64,000 nt of DNA from an uncultured Planctomycetota bacterium (lineage in GTDB: Bacteria; Planctomycetota; Planctomycetia; Planctomycetales; Planctomycetaceae), in NCBI GenBank assembly GCA_963761455.1, contig CAVXHA010000003.1, forward strand, positions 958,036 to 1,022,035. The letters are read 5' to 3'. The translations under genes were made by a program, and so were the position numbers. Below, piece by piece: positions 54,123-63,200 of this stretch (position 1 is its first letter; each line of letters opens with the position of its first letter). The notes under the pieces were generated by a model that was not told where the DNA came from, did no database searches, and saw only the letters and a list, made by a program, of their open reading frames with translations.

Positions 54123-55879
54123 CTACTTCGAGCGCTTGCCGTCTGTGCCCGTGCCCACTTGCAGCGGATCGGGGAGGGCCGCGCTGGGAGTCTCGCCGAT
54201 CGCGACGAAGAGCTCAAACTGGGCCATATCGTATCCGACGAGCGCGGCAATGAACTCGTCGCGGGCCTCGACTAACAGGTTGACACTATTGATTGCCTCC
54301 AGGGGCAGGGCCTCGCCGCCGCGTGTGCGGGCGATTTCTTCACGTGCCCCGGTCGCCGCCGTTTGCAACCGTCCCCGAGCCAATTCCAATTGCTGCCGCC
54401 TCGCCTCCGATTGGGCGTAGGCATCGGCCACTTCGCGGCCAATTTGGTTGAGTGCCAGGCCCCGCCGCGCCAGGGCGTCATCGCGTTCGGCCCGCCGTTC
54501 CTTTTGAATGGCCGCGTTCCCAAAGCCGAGGTTTTGGAGGGTCCAGACCGCATACACGTCGAAGTCGGTTCGGCCCGACGTCGCTTGAAACAGCAAGCCC
54601 GCCTGGTCTCCGCCCCCGCCGAAGCCCCCTGCGCTGTAGCCGACCGAAAGCAATGGCAGCCAGGGCGCGCGTATTCTTGTTTCAATCGGTATTCCGCCGC
54701 CGCAATGTCCGCCGCGCGGGCGGCCGCCTCGGGCCGAGCGTTCAATGCGATTTGAATCAGCTCTTCGACGCGATAGGTCGAATCGACCAGTTGCACGGGC
54801 TCCAGTGCGGCCCCGGCGGTCGTGAGGCGGATCGACGGATCGAGGTGGAGCGTCCGGGCCAAATCGGCCGAAGCGACCGCGACACTTTCCTGAGCCCGCT
54901 CTTCGCGGGAATGCAGCAGTAGGGCATCCGTTCGCGCCCGATTATAGTCGCCGACCCGGCCCTGCCCCGTCCGGGCGAACGCGGCGGTGGCCTGCACCAC
55001 TTGTCGAAGATTGTCCTCGGACCGCCGGATCGCTTCGAGTGCGGCTTGCGTTCCCACGAGACCGAGGTACCGCCGGGCGACATCCAACAAGACCGCGTTT
55101 TCGATGCCGTGCGAGTCGGCGCGACGGCTGTTGACGACCTGCCGGGCGACAAGGGGGGCAAAATAGACATCGCCGAGATGGCCGAACAGCTGCACCGCCG
55201 GAACGGCGACGGTTTGCGAGCCGACCGCCCAATCCCCGCCGCCGAAATAGACCGACTGCAAATCAACCTTCTCGATTTGACCATCGCCGGCTTGAAGCGT
55301 GCCTTGATGGAGATGATACATGGCTCCCGCGTTGAGCGACGGAAGCATCATCGCGCGGGCCTGAAGCTGGAGAGCCAGCGCCTCCTGGATCGCCTCGCGC
55401 CCCAGCGCGATCGTCGGATTCTCGGCCTCGGCCAAGCGCAAGACCGTGGAAAGGTCGACCGTGTACTCTTCCCCCGTCACGGGGACGATCTCCTCCCGCG
55501 ACAACCCCGCCAGCTCGTTCCCAATGCGGGCGGCCTTTTGCAGAGGCCGCGCTTCTTGTGGTGTGGAAATGCCACCTGGAGATCGCAGGTCATCAAGGGT
55601 TGGGCCCGCCGCGGGATCAGCAGGGGGCGCCGGCGGAGGAGGGAGAAGGTCGATGACCACAAACCGCCCCCCTCCCGCTTCAATCTTTAGTTCTGACGTC
55701 GCAGCCTGGTCGGCGCCGTGAGCATGTCCGGCCCGCAGTCCCGCAACGCAAAGCGCGGCCAAGCAGATGCCGGCGACAAACGTCCACCGAGACCAAGCCC
55801 TCCGCCAACCGGCGGTCCTGGCAAAGATCGATTTGGAGCAAGTCTGCGGCATCATGAGCGTGGGCCGTACGCAAATCAC
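54123..55879 (-). CDS. TolC-like outer membrane factor, paralog 1. One apparent frameshift near 54660.
   Basis: YTVDLSTVLRLAEAENPTIALGREAIQEA..LPSLNAGA.. and a second repeat ..LIQIALNARPE.. then ..VGYSAGGFGGGGD..VWTLQNLGFGN..EAINSVNLLVEARDEFIAALVGYDMAQFELFVAIG. ORFs 54272..55879 and 54123..54653. Confidence 0.8.
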
Positions 55880-55897
55880 AGGCGCGAGTATTCCCTG

Positions 55898-57556
55898 TCA
55901 GCGGGGAGCCGGCGGCGGCATCCGCGCTGGGGATTGTCGTGCGGCTGGGTCCTGTCCGTTTTCATCGGCGGGTCGAACCAGAACGTCCGCGGGAGGCTTT
56001 CCGAGGGCGACATACAGCTCGAACTGAGCCCGGTCGTAGTCGAGAATGGTATTGAGGTAAGCGACGCGAGACCGCGACAAGAGGCGCAGACTGTTGAGCA
56101 CCTCCAAGGGGATCCCGATCTGTCCCATGATGCGGCGCAAGTCTTCCTGATACGCCTCGGTGCTCGATTGGATCGCCAGCTCGCACGTCCGCATCTGGGC
56201 GAAACGGGCGTGCGTTTTGGCGTAGGCGTCGGCCACTTCGGACCGGATCTGATCGAGCGTGGCAGTCTCCTGAAGATCCGTGCTGCGCAGCCGGCTGTGG
56301 GCCGCGTCGATCGAGCGCCCGGTTCCCGATCCCTAAATTCAAAACGGTCCAATAGGCCATCACGTCGAGATCCTGTCGCGGACTGCACGAGTCCGAACCG
56401 TGGATCGCCGAGCGCGTCAGTGCCTGACCCGACCGGTTGCGCGACGAGATTGCTCCCTCCGCCAAAGTCGCCCGCGCTATAACCGATGTAAACGGTCGGC
56501 GAGAACGGCAGCCAGTGCGCCTGATCCAGAGCTTCAAGCGCCTGTACGACCGCCGTTCGCCGCTCTTTCAGCTCCGGCCGGTTCAAGAGTGCGATCGCCA
56601 GCAGTTCCGGCAGGGGAATCGGTTCGGGGACGATCGATTTCGGAAGGACTTGATCGTCGACGGGGTGCAGCCGTAGCGAAGGATCGAGGTGCAAAAGCCG
56701 GCACAGCCGCGCCGATGTCGTGCCGATGTCTCCTTCCATCTGGATGACGATGGCCTCGCGGCGTGCCAGCTCGGTGGCAGCCCGGTCCGCGTCGGCCTTG
56801 CGCCCCTGTCCCGCCTTCAAATAGGCCGCCGTCAGGCGGGCCAATTCGCGTGCGTCGTCCCGCGTGAGCAGGCGCCACGGCGTGCTGCCCCTCGGCGCGC
56901 ACCAGCTCGATGTAGCCCAAGGCCACCGCCAGCAGTGTGTCCTGAGAGACGCACTGCGCTCTCGAATCCGCGGCGGTTAACCTCTTGCCGGCTGATGAGA
57001 TAGGCGAAAAGGATCTGCGACACGTTACCGGTGAGCACGACCCCGGGAATCTGCACCGTTCCCCCGGCGACCGCCAATGCGCCCGCGCCGACGTACAACG
57101 CATCGCGATTGACGTTGAGAATCGTTCCATTCGAGTCCTGCAGCACGCCTCGATGCGAATCGAGGTTCGACCCGGCATTGAGCGTCGGCAGGAATTGGGC
57201 CGCCGCGAGCTGACGCAGTGCCACCGCTTCGAGCACGCGTTGTTGCGCAAGAGAATTTGCGAGTTCTGCACGCCGGCCAGCCGCAGCGCGCTCGACAAAT
57301 CGATCGGCGTGAGGTTCGTCTGCAGGTACTGCTTCAACAACTCGTCATCGGCCCCCGCCGGAGAAGAGACCGCCGCGAGTCCCAAGCACGAAATCCCAAT
57401 GACGAAAGAAATCCGAAGTACGAAGGACCAAAGCCCACGGAAGTCGCGGCACGTGCGCGGGCCCGCGGCGAGGCGCAACAAGGCAATCGCGCGCTCTCCG
57501 ACGGTCGCCCTGCGCTCCAGAACTTCGTGCTTCGTACTTGGGATTTTCTTCGTCAT
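55898..57556 (-). CDS. TolC-like outer membrane factor, paralog 2. About 5 apparent frameshifts. Start uncertain (the ATG lies inside a REP element).
   Basis: IDLSSALRLAGVQNSQIL.., LPTLNAGSNLDSHRGVLQDSNGTILNVNRDALYVGAGALAVAGGTVQIPG.., ..LPELLAIALLNRPELKERR..FSPTVYIGYSAGDFGGGSN.., ..LEVLNSLRLLSRSRVAYLNTILDYDRAQFELYVALG. Stitched from ORFs 56534, 56832, 55876 and 55898. Confidence 0.75.
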
Positions 57557-57573
57557 TCGTGCTTCGGATTTCG
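57381..57573. repeat. REP-like inverted repeat (same motif family as 23407-23541) overlapping the 5' end of the TolC paralog 2 ORF
   Basis: The left arm ..aatgacgaaagaaatccgaagtacgaagg (to 57426) pairs with the right arm cttcgtgcttcgtacttgggattttcttcgtcatt.. (from 57523). The arms are about 100 nt apart. Confidence 0.75.
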
Positions 57574-57590
57574 CCTTCTTGGCCGACTGC

Positions 57591-59110
57591 CTATTTCGGC
57601 AGTAGGATCTGGGCCGGCGGGTGCAGGAGATCGTCGGGAACCGGTCGGGCCAGCGTGTCGGCCGGCGGCGCGCCGAGCGCCACGTACAATTGAAACTCGG
57701 CTTGATCGAAGCCGATGATCGCGTCCAGGTAGTCCCTCCGGGCCGTGGCCGCTTGCCTCAGGCTGTCGAGCAGCTCGATCGGCAGCCCTTGCAGTCCGCG
57801 GATGCGAAGCAGGTCTTCCCGCATGGCGTTGGTCCCCGACCGGACGGCCTGCGCCTGGACGTCAATTTCCGCAAAGCGGGCTTGCGTGCGGACGTAAGCG
57901 GCGGCGACCTCTTCCCGCACGCGGTCCAGCACGACCATCTCTTCGAGCTGCGACTCGCCGAGCCGCGCCGGGCCGCGTCGATCAGCGCCTTATTTCCAAA
58001 CCCCAGATTCCGCAACGACCAGTAAAAAACGACGTCGACGTCGCTTCGGTCGCTGAAACTGCCGAACCGCGGCTGGCCTTCGCCGGCTCCAATGCTGCTC
58101 CCTCCGCCGAATGCCCCGTCGCTGAATCCGGCAAGCACCGTCGGCGAGAAGGGAAGCACCTTTGCCGAGTGGAGCTCGAGCAGGGCCGCCTTGATTGCCG
58201 CGCGCCGCGCCAAAAGCTCCGGGCGGTGCAACAAGGCCGTCGCCAACAACTCGGGCAGGGGAATCCCCGTCGGGACGACCGGCTCCGGAACGACTTGCGA
58301 TTCCAACGGCCGCAGGCGCGTCGTCGTTTCGAGGTTCAGCAGTTCGCACAGTCGATGCGAGGCTTGAGCCCGCCGGGCCTCCGCTTCGGCCACGACCTGT
58401 TCGCGCTGCGCCAGCTCCGTCGCCGCGCGATTGGCGTCGGCCTGCCGCCCTTGGCCCGTTCTGGCGTTGGCCGCGGTCAGGCGGGCGACTTCGCTGGCGT
58501 CATTCCGCGTGAGGATTGCCAGGCTCCGCGCTCCAGAGGCGCGGAGCAATTCCGCGTACGCCACCGCCACGTCGAGCAACACGGCGTTGTCGACGGCTTG
58601 CCGGTCGAATCGGGATTGATTCGTGATTTGCCGGCTAACCAGGTAATTGAAGATCCCCTCGGAAATGTTGATGTTGTATTGCAGTCCGGGAATCTGAACC
58701 GTTCCCGATCCGACGGCATACGCGCCGGCTCCCACGTAAAGCGCGCTGCGATTGACCGACAGGATCTCGCCGGTGGGCTGTTGCAGGACGCCCGTGTGCG
58801 AGTCGAAGTTGGTGCCGAGGTTGAGGTCCGGCAGGATCTGAGCGGCCGCCAATTGCTGACCGGCCACGGCCGCCTCGACGCGCTGTTGGGCGACCACGAT
58901 TTGCAAGTTTTGGACGCCGGCCAACCGCAGAGCCGAACTGAGATCGATCGTCGTCGGCTCATCCTCCGAGCTCGCGGCGGGTGCCGCCTCCGACGCCGGC
59001 ATCAAACGGGGCTGGTCGCCCGCCAGCGCGCACGACGCTCGCGGACTGCACTCGAAAGCCATTCCGGCGAGGAGGATCAGTAAACCAGTCCTGCCCGGAC
59101 TCATCTTCAT
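57591..59110 (-). CDS. TolC-like outer membrane factor, paralog 3. One apparent frameshift near 57960.
   Basis: Signal MKMSPGRTGLLILLAGMAF. IDLSSALRLAGVQNLQIVVAQQRVEAA..LPDLNLGTNFDSHTGVLQQPTGEILSVNRSALYVGAGAYAVGSGTVQIPG.., ..LPELLATALLHRPELLARR..FSPTVLAGFSDGAFGGGSS.., ..IELLDSLRQAATARRDYLDAIIGFDQAEFQLYVALG. Confidence 0.85.
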
Positions 59111-59407
59111 AGGGACGCCCGTACACTTTTTGATTCAGCGAGTGGGCCGCGGAAGGCGCGGACCCCGGCTTTTCGGCGCGTGGAAGTGCCTCATCAGGTC
59201 ATCGGCCGAATCAACTTGCCGAATTTAACGATTCTGCCGATTTTGACGGCCGACGACTCTGAGAGGGCCATTCGGGGAATCGCCGGAACCGCGAAGAGAG
59301 CGATTCAGGCCAACGCAGAAGGCGCGACGCACTTGCGGGCAAGCCGGCAGCCGCCCCCACGAGGCTGGCCCTTGTGTCGCCTTTTTCGACTGGCTTACGC
59401 TTGTTCT

Positions 59408-60073
59408 ATGTGGGGAGGCGTGCTGGAACAGGCCAATTCGATGTATCAGGGCGGCGACACGACCCAGTTTCAACGCCTGCTCGACGGCTGGGCCGCCGGC
59501 GATGACGCTGCGCGGAACCAACTCCTCGAACGGGCCGCACAGCGGCTGCTGAAACTCACACGCCGCATGCTCCACAACTATCCGCATCTGCGCCGCTGGG
59601 AAGAGACCGACGATGTTTTTCAGAATGCAATTTTGCGGCTCTACCGTTCGCTCGGCGACGTCCGGCCCGATTCGGTCCGCGGATTTTTCGCGCTGGCGGC
59701 AACGCAGATCCGCAGAACGCTCATCGACCTGGCGCGGCACCATTTTTGCCCCGAGGGCTCGGCCGCCCGCCATCACAGCGACGTTGGCTCCTCCGACGCC
59801 TCGGCTGGGAAGACCGACTCGCGAATGGCCGGCGCCGACGAGCCGCCCGAAACGTTGGACGCCTGGGCCCGGTTCCACGAAGCCGTCGAACTGCTCCCCA
59901 CCGAGGAGCGCGACGCCTTCAGCCTGATCTGGTACGGCGAAGCGACGCAAAAGGAGGCCGCCGCGCTTCTGGGGATTTCTGAACGGACCGTTTTGCGGCG
60001 CCTCGTCCGTGCCCGCCTGCAGTTATACGAATCACTCAAAAATGCCCGCGCTACCTTCGAGGAGGCGAATTGA
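59408..60073 (+). CDS. ECF-type RNA polymerase sigma factor (PF07638-like, the kinase-associated type)
   Basis: DTTQFQRLLDGWAAGDDAARNQLLERAAQRLLKLTRRML.., region 2 DDVFQNAILRLYRSL, region 4 HTH TQKEAAALLGISERTVLRRLVRARLQL. An alternative start is at 59441. The long ORF from 59180 is probably an over-extension. Confidence 0.85.
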   Translation: MWGGVLEQANSMYQGGDTTQFQRLLDGWAAGDDAARNQLLERAAQRLLKLTRRMLHNYPHLRRWEETDDVFQNAILRLYRSLGDVRPDSVRGFFALAATQIRRTLIDLARHHFCPEGSAARHHSDVGSSDASAGKTDSRMAGADEPPETLDAWARFHEAVELLPTEERDAFSLIWYGEATQKEAAALLGISERTVLRRLVRARLQLYESLKNARATFEEAN

Positions 60074-60076
60074 AAG

Positions 60077-60190
60077 ACACGAAGCACGAAATCTGAATGA
60101 CGAAGGAAGTCCGAATGACCGAACAATCGAAATAAAAGGTCAGCCGAGGGTCAGTGCTGCTTTTCATCCGTGCTTCGTGCTTCGGATTTG
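60077..60190. repeat. REP-like element (CGAAGCACGAA / GAATGACGAA vocabulary) between the ECF sigma and kinase genes
   Basis: gacacgaagcacgaaatctgaatgacgaaggaagtccgaatgacc ... catccgtgcttcgtgcttcggatttgatt. It shares motifs with the elements at 23407 and 57381. Pairing is imperfect. Confidence 0.65.
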
Positions 60191-60234
60191 ATTGATCGGG
60201 AGAGGCATGCCCGTTTTCGAAGAGGTGAGCTGCG

Positions 60235-63200
60235 ATGGCCGTTGACGATCGACTGAGTGATTTGCTCGTGGAATGGGAACAAGGGCGGCGGAGCGGTCAG
60301 GAGCCGTCGCTCGAGGAGCTGTGTCGCGACACGCCCGATCTGCTTCCCGTGGTGAGGGAGTCAATCGATTCCCTCAAGGCGACCGACTGGATGTTCGGCC
60401 CGGAGCCGAGTGATTTTTCTTCTTCGGAGTCTTCGGTTGCCGATTCCGAGCGCGCCGCCTTGCACGACACGGAGCTGCCCGCGTCGCACCTCACGGTGCA
60501 GGAGTTCGCGGCGTCGATTTTTCAAAGCGGTCTGTTGTCGCGGGCCGAGATCGACGAGCTGAAAGAGCGTCTCGACGCCAGTGCGTTGCCGGGCGAGGCG
60601 CGCGAGATCGCCTCGAAACTCGTGACCGAAGGCAAACTCACGCGATACCAGGCGGCCGTGCTGCTCAAGGCGTCGAAGAATCCGCTGTTGGTCGATAACT
60701 ATGTGATCCTCGACACGCTCGACACGGGGGGCATGGGGCTGGTCTTCAAGGCGCTGCACCGGTCGATGAACCGCGTCGTCGCGCTCAAGCTTTTGCCCGC
60801 CTCGATGATGAGTGCCCGCGACACCGTGAAACGCTTCCAGCGCGAGGTGCAGGCGGCCGCCGCGCTCAAGCATCCCAACATCGTTGCCGCCTACGATGCC
60901 GACGAATCCGAAGAGATCGCCTACCTCGTGCTGGAATACGTCGAGGGGACCAACCTCTTCCGGTTGGTGAAAGAAGAGGGGCCGCGCTCGCTCGCTCAGG
61001 CCGCCGACTACGTCCGCCAGGCGGCGACCGGCCTGGCGTACCTGCACTCTCGCGGCATCATCCACCGCGACGTCAAGCCGGCCAACCTGATCCTGGCCAA
61101 CGACGGCACGGTCAAGCTCTTGGACATGGGACTCGTGCGGTTCGCATCCTCCGAAGATCTCTCCTGCGCCGAGATGGACCAGGAGCTGACGCAAGCGGGA
61201 ATCGTGATCGGCACAGTCGCCTACATGTCGCCCGAACAGGCGCTCGACACGCGCTCCGCCGATCAGCGGTCGGACATCTATAGCCTGGGCTGCACGCTCT
61301 TTTTCCTGCTCACGGGCCGATCGCTCTACCACGAGGAAACCGGCATGAAGACGCTCTTGGCCCACCGCGAGCAGCCGGTCCCCTCGCTCCGCGAATTCTG
61401 CGAAGAGGCCCCGGTCTCGCTCGACGCGGTGTTCCGCACGATGGTGGCCAAGCGGCCGGCCGATCGGCTGCAAACGATGGACGAAGTCATTGCCGCCCTC
61501 GACGCCTGCGTGCCGCCGCCTGCCGCGCCGACTGGCCGTGCGGGCCGGCCTGTCCCGAGCGCACCGCCGCTGCGAACACGGACGGATCGCGACCGAGTGT
61601 GGCAATCGCGCCGATTCCGGATCGCCGCCGCGGTCACCGCGCTGGCCGCGGCCCTGCTCGGCAGCATCTATCTGGCGGTTATCGTCATTCGCATCAAGAC
61701 CTCGCAGGGGACAACCGAAGTCAGCGTCAACGACCCGAACGCAAAGATCGAAATCGAGTCTCAGCCCCAAGGGCCCGCCGTTTCGCAGCTTCGATCGCCC
61801 TTCGAGACGAGTCAGCCAGTCGGAAACGACCGGGATCGGAGAATCGGTCTGTCCTCCGGCATCGCGCCTGCAGCGAAGCCCAAGCCGCCGGTCCACGTCG
61901 TGACGGCGACGGTTCGCAAGGGGGACTTCGACGTCTACTTGTCGGGCCTGCAGGGCGCGGTGCGTGCCTCGCAGATCGTTTCGATCCGCACCCGGGTTGA
62001 CGGCGAGATCACCAAGGTCAATTTCACCGAAGGGCAAGTCGTTCACATGGGTGACGTGCTGTTTGAAATCGACCCCCGGCCCTACAAGATTCGATTGGAT
62101 GAAGCCGAGGCAAAGCTCGCCAAGGACAAACAATCAGTCGTGCACGCCCAAGAGGAGTTGCAAGCGGTGAAAAAATTACGCGCGAACTCCGCGGTCTCCC
62201 TGAGCGATAAGCTCGCGGCGGTCGCTCAATACGAAGGCCTCGTCAAAACCGACGGGGCGCTCGTCGAAGAGGCCCAGCTTCAGCTCAAGGGGTGCCAGAT
62301 CGTGGCTCCCATCAGTGGACGGATCGGACTCCGGGCGTTGGATAAAGGGAACATTGTTCAGGCCGCCAGCTCGACCAGGCTGGCCACCATCGCGCAGTTT
62401 CAGCCGATCGACGTCTTTTTTTCCATCCCGCAGGACCAAATCGATCGCGTCCAGCAGAAGCTGAGCTCAACAAAAGAGACCATGGTCGAAATCTGGAACC
62501 ACGGCGGCGGTGCCAAGATTGGGACGGCACGGCTTGTCGGGCTCGACAACGCGTTAAATCCGGGGACCGGAACCGTTGAGGTGAAAGCCCGTTCTGCGAA
62601 CGTCGACAATCGCTTGTTTCCCGGTGAGTTCGTGGACGTGCGGCTCCTCGTTGACACGCTGCACGACGCCGTGATCGTGCCGACGGCCGCCGTGCAGCAC
62701 GGCGACGCGGAGACGTTCGCCTACATCGTCAGGCCGGATCAGACGGTCGAGAAACGCAAGCCGATCCTCGGCCCCAGCGAGACGCAGGAGACGGTCGTGA
62801 CGAGCGGCCTCTCGCCGGGCGACGTCGTGGTCGTCGAAGGAACCGACAAGCTGTCCGACGGATTCAAGGTGGAAGCCCAAACCCCGACCGCCAATAGCAC
62901 TGCGAATCTCGATCGGCAGGTCGCCGATTGGGTGCTGGCCAATCGGGGAACCGTCAACCTCAAGGAATTTCGCGGCCGAACGTTCCAGTTCGTCGATGCG
63001 CTCCCCCCGACCGACTTTCACATTGAGACGATCAATCTGAAGGATTACGTCACCGACGATTCGCGCGGCGCGGCACCGGCGGAAGGCGTCGGCCTGCGCC
63101 GGTCCCGGTCGGGATTCGGCCGCCGCCGGCTGCGAGTCCAGAACCAGGCGGCCGGCGGCGACGAGCAGACGGGGCGGATGTTTCACCGCATCGAATTCAG

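Noticed and set aside
54041-54250. Upstream extension of the HlyD ORF to 54250
   Set aside because: The extension is Arg/Ser-rich and overlaps the 3' end of TolC paralog 1. The inner Met at 54040 is directly followed by the TM anchor.
60361-62133. 590 aa minus-strand ORF
   Set aside because: It is antisense to the kinase-MFP gene, which shows canonical kinase and MFP motifs on the plus strand.
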